From Tolypothrix carrinoi HA7290-LM1 (GTDB lineage Bacteria > Cyanobacteriota > Cyanobacteriia > Cyanobacteriales > Nostocaceae): 64,000 nucleotides of DNA. The position numbers and the translations under genes are program-made. The stretch covers positions 44,707 to 108,706 of the forward strand of contig JAHHIK010000009.1 of the NCBI GenBank assembly GCA_019358935.1. The letters are read 5' to 3'. This document shows positions 9,331 to 17,109 of this stretch, in pieces. The number at the start of each line of letters is the position of its first letter. Within the stretch, counting starts at the first letter, position 1. The notes under the pieces were generated by a model that did not search any database, had not been told where the DNA came from, and saw only the letters and a list, made by a program, of their open reading frames with translations.

Positions 9331-10425
9331 TTAAGGCTTGTATATTTTGATGATGCGGGTGGCTACGCTTGTGGGGTTATTTGATTGCAAAAAGGCATCT
9401 TTGGGTAGAGACTCATCATATAAATTCCAATTTTCTAGCCATTCTTTAAAATCCTTATATTTATTGTTGAAGAATACTGACTCTGGAACTATTGCTATCA
9501 GGATTCCTCCTGAATGAATTAACTTCCACGCATGGTAAATATGTTCAATTAATTGAGAGAAGGGAGGGTTCATAATGATATGAGAGTATAAATTTTCGGC
9601 TGTACAACCTAGAAAATCTCTACCTACTAAGTTGAACCCTTTCAATTCGAGGATTCTACGTAGAGTTGGGTTAATCTCTACTACTTCTAAATTGACTTGA
9701 TGATATTTATTGAGTATGGATTCGGCAATACAGCCAGAGCCAGCGCTGGGTTCAAGTATGCGAGAGCTTTCATTAATTTCTGCTAACTGAATTAGGCGAT
9801 CGCAAACAGGAGGTGGGCTGGGGAAGAAGTCTCCAGACTTCATTCCAATGATTTTTAACTCCAGCCGATTTAGCTCTTGTTGAGTAGTATTAACCTTATC
9901 AGGTTTAACAACTTTCTGAATTTCAGCTATCGCAGACATAATCTCGCCTGCGGTGCAAATACTTGCGCGGTAGAGAGACTTTATCCTATCTTGATAATAC
10001 TCATTGGAGAGAATTTCTTCTACCTCTTCGAGAGTCCTTGCTCTTTGAGAGATTTTGTACAGTGCTTCTGCTTGGGACTTTTGGGAGATGCCCCGCAGCA
10101 CTTCGGGGGTATTTCCCACAAACCACATTTGGGCTATAGCAAGTAACCAAGATTGGATTGTTTGTAGTTCTACTCCTTCGGCGATAATTGATTGAGCGAT
10201 TGTTTTGCGGCGTTTGGTTGCCCGCTGTTTGTTTATGGCAGGATTGAGCTTATTGTCAATTGATTGTTGCATCGAGGTGGCAAGTTCTTGCAGTTTCGCG
10301 GCTTGCTTCGGGTTGGGAGTGTTGAGATTGAAGGTGTAGATTTCGCCGGGGGTTGTATGTTCTGGGATTATTTTAAAGAGCGATAGTTGCATTTTCTTGT
10401 AGATCCTTGAGCGCGCATTTGACAA
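9331..10425 (-). CDS. SAM-dependent amino-DNA methyltransferase (N6-adenine type)
   Basis: ILEPSAGSG (motif I) and IIMNPPF (motif IV); probable start at the ATG at 10392 (MQLSLF). Confidence 0.85.
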   Translation of the reverse strand: MSNARSRIYKKMQLSLFKIIPEHTTPGEIYTFNLNTPNPKQAAKLQELATSMQQSIDNKLNPAINKQRATKRRKTIAQSIIAEGVELQTIQSWLLAIAQMWFVGNTPEVLRGISQKSQAEALYKISQRARTLEEVEEILSNEYYQDRIKSLYRASICTAGEIMSAIAEIQKVVKPDKVNTTQQELNRLELKIIGMKSGDFFPSPPPVCDRLIQLAEINESSRILEPSAGSGCIAESILNKYHQVNLEVVEINPTLRRILELKGFNLVGRDFLGCTAENLYSHIIMNPPFSQLIEHIYHAWKLIHSGGILIAIVPESVFFNNKYKDFKEWLENWNLYDESLPKDAFLQSNNPTSVATRIIKIYKP

Positions 10426-10693
10426 TGAGTGATTCTTCTGTACCCCAGACTTTTATTTCCCAAGGAGTATTTAGGCGTTCGCTTGGGCGAATTACAGCTT
10501 TAGTGCATTTGTCCTTACGGGTTATCCATACAAGGAAGCTTTCGGCTTTTTCCTTAGAGTTAAACCCAAAGTAGGTAGTTTTTCTTACTCCCGTAGGGCT
10601 GGTAATGGTGGCGACTCGCGGAGATAAAATGTTAAATGTCCAACCATCGGGGGTAAGTTCAACTTTTTTGACTTTAATTTCTGGGGAGTTCAT
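10373..10693 (-). CDS. hypothetical protein
   Basis: 106-aa ORF with ATGA overlap with the upstream gene. Confidence 0.7.
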   Translation of the reverse strand: MNSPEIKVKKVELTPDGWTFNILSPRVATITSPTGVRKTTYFGFNSKEKAESFLVWITRKDKCTKAVIRPSERLNTPWEIKVWGTEESLIVKCALKDLQENATIAL

Positions 10694-11364
10694 AATTCAA
10701 CTTCAGGAATGGCATCTAGATATTCTTTAGTTGTAATTTCCCTATTCATCCACTTGTGATGGATGATTTCTAAACTTTCTTGCTCAACTTCTTGTTGAAT
10801 TTCCTCTACCGCAAACTGTGTAATAATAGACAACAGTCTTTCTTTGAAAGCTATGTGTTTTACTTCTGAATAGGTGAATTGGTAAATATCCGCTGTGTTG
10901 ACGAACAAGTAGATTAGATTAATTTTTTCCGCTGGTAATTGGGTTTTCTCATAGAGTAAGAATAATCTTAGTTGAGTATGAAATGAATTCTCTAAAGACT
11001 GAAAATTTGATGGTTTTTGGATAGTCCAGTCCAGTGCAATTACCTGTTGTTCCTGATAAATGATTAAGTCATAATTAGCGTGGACTAACTGTGACTTGTA
11101 GAGATACTGCGCTTCGGCATTCCATTGTTTGTTACCAGGAATTTCTAGAAATGGTAGCAGCACTTTTACCCACTTGCCTAATTGAGGATATGCCTTTAAG
11201 AATGGTTCTACAGGTAGTCCTAGCCCAATCTGCTGCATGATGATGTGAAACTTGCCACCAAGTTTTTCACCTTGGCTAATTGGTGATGTACGTATGGTGT
11301 TTTTACCTGAACTTTTACTTTCACATTCAAGCTTTTCTAACAGACTTGGATTAAATCTGTCCAT
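10690..11364 (-). CDS. PD-(D/E)XK nuclease-like protein, possibly inactive
   Basis: GKFHIIMQQ...YDLII...LDWT...QLRLF resembles the PD-(D/E)XK_1 family, but has DWT in place of DWK. Confidence 0.6.
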   Translation of the reverse strand: MDRFNPSLLEKLECESKSSGKNTIRTSPISQGEKLGGKFHIIMQQIGLGLPVEPFLKAYPQLGKWVKVLLPFLEIPGNKQWNAEAQYLYKSQLVHANYDLIIYQEQQVIALDWTIQKPSNFQSLENSFHTQLRLFLLYEKTQLPAEKINLIYLFVNTADIYQFTYSEVKHIAFKERLLSIITQFAVEEIQQEVEQESLEIIHHKWMNREITTKEYLDAIPEVEL

Positions 11365-11428
11365 AATAAAAATCTGTCCTAAAAAATACTCAGGACAGAT
11401 ATGTGTTAACTGTTGTGGTTGTTTTTAT

Positions 11429-12262
11429 TTAGACAGTGTGATATTTATCTAAGTTTTTAACTGTGGTTTGGATACTGCGACAAGACATAGAAATTAGGTT
11501 GAAGTAGCTAACAAACTTGCTTATTTTTCCTATTAGGGTTAACTCTAATAGGTATTGGGATGCAATGGCTGATGTCATGCGGTTTATGAATAGAGTTTGG
11601 TGATTAAGTATTTGAATTTCCGCACACGAGAGGTTGTTGCTGCTAAGTTCTTCAGGCTTTGGGATTAGTAATTCGGGATGTACCAGCGCTGGGGATGGTA
11701 GGTGTTTCCAGAATGCGGGTTTATCTGGGTTATTGGAGGCGGTTACAATATTGAAATCAGCGTGGGTTCCTAATATAACTTGTCCTGATAGTGAACTGTT
11801 ACCGCAGTCTAGCCAGAAGAAGTCAGCTTGTTCGCGCGGGCTGTTATATTTTAAACACGAGTGAATTTGTGCCCTGGCGGCAGCATTGTCCACGCAGCCG
11901 ATGATAATTGTGAGGGTATTCCACTTGTAATTTTCTACATGGTTAGGGGAAAACCAATCTGAAATTGCTGTTACTACTACCCCATATTTGGCACTGCACC
12001 TGGTGGCTAGACATTGTGCTTTGGGAAAACTTATCTCAGATGGTTGGTAATTTTGGCGTGCGATATTTTTAGGTTCGACGCTATCTCCATCGATGATGGT
12101 GAGGTTAGCCTTTTTCTCGTTTTGCTGTAGCTGTACTATGAGGCGGCAAACATCTTCGGCAAGATACCCCCCTGTGCCACCAGCCCCTACTAAAATAAAA
12201 TTTACTTTGCGGTGGGGACGGGGGAGAACGGGTAAGAAAAATTCTGTGTCGATTTGTATCAT
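11429..12262 (-). CDS. ThiF/E1-like adenylyltransferase (PRTRC type)
   Basis: VGAGGTGG, DGDSVEPKNIARQ, GCVDN, LDCGN and LSCAE motifs. Confidence 0.92.
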   Translation of the reverse strand: MIQIDTEFFLPVLPRPHRKVNFILVGAGGTGGYLAEDVCRLIVQLQQNEKKANLTIIDGDSVEPKNIARQNYQPSEISFPKAQCLATRCSAKYGVVVTAISDWFSPNHVENYKWNTLTIIIGCVDNAAARAQIHSCLKYNSPREQADFFWLDCGNSSLSGQVILGTHADFNIVTASNNPDKPAFWKHLPSPALVHPELLIPKPEELSSNNLSCAEIQILNHQTLFINRMTSAIASQYLLELTLIGKISKFVSYFNLISMSCRSIQTTVKNLDKYHTV

Positions 12263-12831
12263 AACTCAAATATCAAATTAGGGTCAATTTCAATGAAGTG
12301 GTTGTATGCCCCTACGCGGGTGTAGATGGTAGGCTTTTTGTCAACTGTGCCGATAATTCCAAATATGCGGAACTTTCCTGACTCCTCTTGGTTGTCTTGG
12401 TTGCTGGGGATTGCTCTCATACAGCCGTGTGAGTGGATTTCAACCAATGTTTGGCTGTATCTGAGGTTTGTATTTTCCAGCGAGCGCACATGAGTTGAGG
12501 ATGCTTCTTGTGCTGGTGTGTGACACCACCATTGGCTATTTGCAACCCCCAAATAAAAAAGGATTTCTTGATGGGGATTAATCCGCGCAGCATTGATGAT
12601 GTCTGCAATTATGCTTGCTGGCACTTTTGGTACATTTAACTTGAAATAGGGTTGTATTTGTGCCAATCCTATTATGTGGGTATGGGCGATTTGCAAGCAG
12701 ATTTCTAATTCTGGGCGGTGCGATCGCGCATATACTCCATCAGATGCAAGCCAGTATTCCTGAAGTTTTTGGCTCTTTGGGGGAAGGTTGTGACTGACAG
12801 CGTAGTTATAGCTGATGAAGAGGTTATTCAT
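12259..12831 (-). CDS. JAB/Mov34 metallopeptidase (PRTRC protein A-like)
   Basis: Intact JAMM motif E...HSH-x7-S-x2-D (HSHGCMRAIPSNQD). Confidence 0.9.
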   Translation of the reverse strand: MNNLFISYNYAVSHNLPPKSQKLQEYWLASDGVYARSHRPELEICLQIAHTHIIGLAQIQPYFKLNVPKVPASIIADIINAARINPHQEILFYLGVANSQWWCHTPAQEASSTHVRSLENTNLRYSQTLVEIHSHGCMRAIPSNQDNQEESGKFRIFGIIGTVDKKPTIYTRVGAYNHFIEIDPNLIFEL

Positions 12832-13540
12832 GTTGGAATAGATACTTGGGTATATCGTTTGGCGTTTTGATTGTTTGATACTCTCTAGCGACTAATTCCT
12901 TTGCTGGGAAGGATTTTGTGGTTCGTAGGCTGATCAACAAGTCGCAGACATTGTGGGGGTGTGATTTTGATTTGTTTTGGCTGAAGTCTTGGTTGAAAGG
13001 GCTGTTCCAGAACAATTTCCAGGTTTTATTGATTGAGTCGGGATTACAAGCAGGTGGGATGTTCCTACCGAAGCAAATTTTATTTGAGTCGTCCCAAATA
13101 TTTGGTAACGGCGCTTTGTATAATTGACAATCCTGCTTGAAGGTTCTTCCTTTAACTGCCCATAAGTAGTAGCTGCTGTTGCATCCAGCGAATATAAATG
13201 CTGGCATGGGAATAGTTATTGTATTGTTTCCTTCTGGAGTTTGTATTGAGACTGAATATTTTTGGGGCGGGTAAAATTGAATAATACCTTCTCCATTTGG
13301 TGTTATTTCCCACCACAGCGTATTGGGAGATAACCATCCTGAATTTACAGTTTTGGCTGTAAACGCTTTTTCCACAGCTTCAGGCGATAGAAATTTATGC
13401 TGTGTTTTATTACCTTCTTTTTCTATCAGTACAAACTGTCCTTTGAGAATGATTAGATGCCCTAAAATTTCCTGCTGTGGAATGTTATTCAGTATGACTT
13501 GAGTGTTTAATCCTGTATTTATATGGCAGCTTGATTCCAT
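12824..13540 (-). CDS. prokaryotic E2 family D protein (PRTRC protein B-like)
   Basis: LYKAPLPNIW...KICFG with the conserved Cys, and FWNSPF; lies directly upstream of the JAB gene in the module. Confidence 0.85.
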   Translation of the reverse strand: MESSCHINTGLNTQVILNNIPQQEILGHLIILKGQFVLIEKEGNKTQHKFLSPEAVEKAFTAKTVNSGWLSPNTLWWEITPNGEGIIQFYPPQKYSVSIQTPEGNNTITIPMPAFIFAGCNSSYYLWAVKGRTFKQDCQLYKAPLPNIWDDSNKICFGRNIPPACNPDSINKTWKLFWNSPFNQDFSQNKSKSHPHNVCDLLISLRTTKSFPAKELVAREYQTIKTPNDIPKYLFQHE

Positions 13541-14241
13541 ATTTTGACTACCTTCTTTCGATTGGCTATTGATACTTCTATCCAGTCTGATAACTCTTCA
13601 AATTGGTTTAATATGATGCTGGCTTCTTGCCATTTATCGGCGATCAGTAATACATTTTCTTCACTCCACTCCCACCAATATCCAGTTTCATAGGTTGTGT
13701 CTAACCAAATATTGCCTGTTGAATAGTCGAGAACACTCAGGCTAGTTACTAAATATTTGATTGGTGATTTTAACTTGTTACAGATTTTTACAAGTTTTTG
13801 AAAGTCTATATTTTCCACATCTGCTATATAATCAGGTTTAAACCCAAATTCTTCTTCCCAATATTCAAGGCTATACCCACTACCCATAACCGAGAGTAAG
13901 AATTTTTCGCTTGCCTCTAAATCTTCAAGGTTTTCATTCCACCATTCAAGTCTTTGTGGTAATATAGCTATACTTTCATACTCTCCGTATGTTTCTATTT
14001 CATCAATAAATTCAACTGGAAACAAGTTTGAATTTACTAGGTGAATAAATTCAATTTCTCTATCTGAATATATGCAATCAGGATGTGTTTTTCTGTTTAT
14101 AGGTGTTTTTGACTCATACCATTCTTCTGCAAATAGTTTTTGATATAAACTGAGTAAACTTGCTTTTTGAGAGAAGTTTTCCAGATAGGTGATTGCTTCT
14201 GTACAGGTGATGGGTATTTTAAATAGTTCTAGTGATATCAT
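13519..14241 (-). CDS. acidic hypothetical protein in the PRTRC module (protein F position)
   Basis: 240 aa, Trp/Glu-rich, overlaps the E2 gene; the assignment is by synteny only. Confidence 0.6.
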   Translation of the reverse strand: MISLELFKIPITCTEAITYLENFSQKASLLSLYQKLFAEEWYESKTPINRKTHPDCIYSDREIEFIHLVNSNLFPVEFIDEIETYGEYESIAILPQRLEWWNENLEDLEASEKFLLSVMGSGYSLEYWEEEFGFKPDYIADVENIDFQKLVKICNKLKSPIKYLVTSLSVLDYSTGNIWLDTTYETGYWWEWSEENVLLIADKWQEASIILNQFEELSDWIEVSIANRKKVVKIWNQAAI

Positions 14242-14285
14242 GATGAACGATAACTGCCGCTAGTGTGGATAGCGGCGTTGCTTAA

Positions 14286-14708
14286 CTACAATACGGGATA
14301 ATTGCTGGATGCAGGGGGTTGTTGTCCGAGGGACTTAAAAACCTTATCTGTATATGTTTCCCAGTTTTCCCCCATTTTGATTGTCTGATTTATTTGTGAG
14401 CGCATACTAATTAAAACTTCTAAAGTTAGTTGATTTTTTATTTCTAGAAGCTTCAATTCCCAAGCTAATACAAACGCTGGGTTAATTTGTTCAGATGCTA
14501 ATTTGAGTTCTGTGATGCAATTACCCTTGGTTCCAGCGCGTTTAACAAGTCTTATTTCGGTTGTTTCTCCTGTAGTTGTACGAGTAATTTCGGCATTGGC
14601 ATATTCTGGAAAATAAGTGCTGATTGCCAGTCTTAGCTTGTTGTCATCTATTGCTGTATTTGGTGGGATAGGAACTTGCTGCCCTTCGATAATAGCGATA
14701 TAATTCAT
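14286..14708 (-). CDS. ubiquitin-like protein (PRTRC protein C-like) with a C-terminal extension
   Basis: TYFPEYANAEI...LVKRAGTKG at residues 31-62 is the protein C signature; 78 further residues follow. Confidence 0.75.
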   Translation of the reverse strand: MNYIAIIEGQQVPIPPNTAIDDNKLRLAISTYFPEYANAEITRTTTGETTEIRLVKRAGTKGNCITELKLASEQINPAFVLAWELKLLEIKNQLTLEVLISMRSQINQTIKMGENWETYTDKVFKSLGQQPPASSNYPVL

Positions 14709-14713
14709 GGCGA

Positions 14714-15163
14714 TTAGAATAGTGAAAGTTGTTGTTTATCCGACTCGTTTGGATGGAAGTTATTAGATAAATCTCGTTTTTGTACTTGTTTACGCTCCTG
14801 AGATTGATTAATATGATTAAGAGCAATCTTTCTTTTTTCGGCGGCTTCAATAATTTTAGGTAAGGCTACCTCTAATTCTTGAATACTTTCTTGAATGATG
14901 GTTTGTTGGGTTATTTCCTGATAGCTAGCATTTTTGATAATGGGAGGTGCATTTTTAATACCAATGGAGAAAATAGCCTGTTGCTCGTCTGGATAAATTT
15001 GGATGGTTATTAGATAGACTTTAGGGTTTGATATGCTGTTGCTGTTATCTTCATAATCATCTGTTTCATCACTATCTTCTAAGCTATTGTTGTTACTAGA
15101 ATTCAAATCACTACTGTAACTAGCTTTGGAGTTAGTTACACTTTCTTGCTCTTGATTGTTCAT
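14714..15163 (-). CDS. hypothetical protein (PRTRC protein E position) ending in QLSLF
   Basis: Likely start is the ATG at 15163, overlapping the prim-pol stop as ATGA; acidic N-terminus and C-terminal QQLSLF. Confidence 0.7.
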   Translation of the reverse strand: MNNQEQESVTNSKASYSSDLNSSNNNSLEDSDETDDYEDNSNSISNPKVYLITIQIYPDEQQAIFSIGIKNAPPIIKNASYQEITQQTIIQESIQELEVALPKIIEAAEKRKIALNHINQSQERKQVQKRDLSNNFHPNESDKQQLSLF

Positions 15164-16128
15164 GAGAGGTTGGCAAATTTTGCAAGGGTACGAATGGTAA
15201 TGCCTGTTCTGCGGAAAGACTGCCATTTGTAGGCACATTCTCCTGGTTTGTATTTGGGTGATAGTTGACTCCATATGTCCCAGGCTTTGAGTAAGGTAGG
15301 GCTGACTGATTTAAGTGCCATTCCAACTTGAATCCAAGTTGTATAGTCAGAAGCGAACCTGGGGTGTATGACTTCTAAGAATGTAAGTGCAGCTTGAATA
15401 TTGGTTTCAATATCGGGGTATAAGTTTACGCATCTGTTTGCCTGATGTGTGCGGTTAGATTTTTCTTGGAGAGAACTCGATGGAGAGTGAATTACCCTTT
15501 CCTTCTCCTGCTTTAATAGCATTTGGGCTACTACCCAATCTGGTGCGTAAGCAACTTGTTTTTCTTGCGGACTGCAACCGGGAACCCACCGATAGTATCT
15601 TCCTTCTGGGTGGTAGGAAGGAGGTAAAACTGACGCATGATTTTTACCTCTAAACTCCAGATTTGAGATTTTGCTGGACTTGATTGATGATTTTTCAGTG
15701 ATTAAGTATAGAAGTTGGCGCTTGTATTCACCTCCAGAGGTGAAGGCGACAGTCGCCGGGAGGTATGCAAGTGCGCTTTCGTATAACTTTTGGGGAGAAA
15801 TTTTGTCTATTTCACCCTCTTCTAGTTTTTTGTTGAGGATTAGAATTTGACCCCAGGCGCGGAATCCGTCGCAGTCGATAGCGACGATGTGTCCTTCGGG
15901 TTGGTTATCGCCGCAGACAATAGCAACCCCAGTGGCAGGTGTATACCTCTTCCCCGACCAAATTTTGCATCTAGTACGAATGAGTTCGGCTTGTAGCTGT
16001 TTGGGTGAGTAAGTTTTATACTGCCATTCTTTTCCCCCCAGAGGTCGCTTGCCAAATGTGGGTATAACCCTCCATCTGTCGGGTAGTGTTTCCAGGGACG
16101 AGATAATTTTACCTGCCTGGGCGTGCAT
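15160..16128 (-). CDS. bifunctional primase-polymerase with a PriCT-2 domain
   Basis: GKRP, GVAIVCG, VAIDCD, SVLPPSYHP; PriCT-2 YTTWIQVGMALK...WDIWSQLSPKY...CAYKWQSF. Confidence 0.88.
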   Translation of the reverse strand: MHAQAGKIISSLETLPDRWRVIPTFGKRPLGGKEWQYKTYSPKQLQAELIRTRCKIWSGKRYTPATGVAIVCGDNQPEGHIVAIDCDGFRAWGQILILNKKLEEGEIDKISPQKLYESALAYLPATVAFTSGGEYKRQLLYLITEKSSIKSSKISNLEFRGKNHASVLPPSYHPEGRYYRWVPGCSPQEKQVAYAPDWVVAQMLLKQEKERVIHSPSSSLQEKSNRTHQANRCVNLYPDIETNIQAALTFLEVIHPRFASDYTTWIQVGMALKSVSPTLLKAWDIWSQLSPKYKPGECAYKWQSFRRTGITIRTLAKFANLS

Positions 16129-16234
16129 GATTTCATTTGATTCCTACTAGTTAACTTTAGTAACTAGATGCATGAGCTTTTGGTGGTGGTTAGCTGTATT
16201 TTGGGCAAGCAGTTATTACTACTTGCCCTATGTT

Positions 16235-16978
16235 TTAGGCTAATCGTTGACTAAGAGCATTTTCCACTTGATAAGTTCCAAGAGTGCAGTTTGCATCATA
16301 GGGGAAAGTGGGAAATTCCGGGAATTTATTTATAGCTTTTGTTACCCTACACATCACCATTGCTCCCTCCCTTCCCTTTTTGTTTAGTAAGTGATGATAG
16401 CTGATGACTTCAAATTCATTGTTACCTGCTTCAAATTTGCTTTTTGCGTGTAGGGAAATAGCCTTTTCCCAATTGGGTTGCCATGACATAAGGGTATTGA
16501 TTGCTTTTTCTCTAAATGTCGTGTTATCCATGTAATTAAGAATATCTGATACACAACTCTCCCTTTTAGCTATAACTTCGCGAGCGTAATTAATTAACCA
16601 GTATTCTGCTTCTTGAAGTAGGGTGCGTGATTTTCTATCCAGGCATATTTCGTCATGGCTTTTTGCCATTACATATGCCCGTTGCTCAAAAACCATACCG
16701 TTAAGGCGCATTTTTAAATCAGATGGATAAAAGGTCATCAAATCAGCTAATTCATCACTAATTGCAGGTAAGGGATATTTGATCGGGGGATAGATTTTGA
16801 CTTGATATCCTAAATTTACTGCATGTTCAACTATTAGGTGAATATCGGATGCAGGGATACAATCACCTATTTGGTAATTTTTATCCAGAAGTAAATATGT
16901 TGGCGCATGAACAATTTGGAATTTTTGAGGTGATTGTTCGCAGTCAGGAACTAGCTCTACGTACATAATACTAACCAA
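16235..16978 (-). CDS. hypothetical protein
   Basis: 247-aa ORF in the run. Confidence 0.7.
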   Translation of the reverse strand: MVSIMYVELVPDCEQSPQKFQIVHAPTYLLLDKNYQIGDCIPASDIHLIVEHAVNLGYQVKIYPPIKYPLPAISDELADLMTFYPSDLKMRLNGMVFEQRAYVMAKSHDEICLDRKSRTLLQEAEYWLINYAREVIAKRESCVSDILNYMDNTTFREKAINTLMSWQPNWEKAISLHAKSKFEAGNNEFEVISYHHLLNKKGREGAMVMCRVTKAINKFPEFPTFPYDANCTLGTYQVENALSQRLA

Positions 16979-17109
16979 ATTATTTTTTATTTGGTTAGGC
17001 GTTAGTTAGTGTCGTGATTTTGCTGTTGCAGTGTTGTGTAAAATTTCTTATAAAGCTAATAGACTTCATATAAAAAGTTCTGCTCTTAATGTATAGAGCA
17101 GAACTTGTT

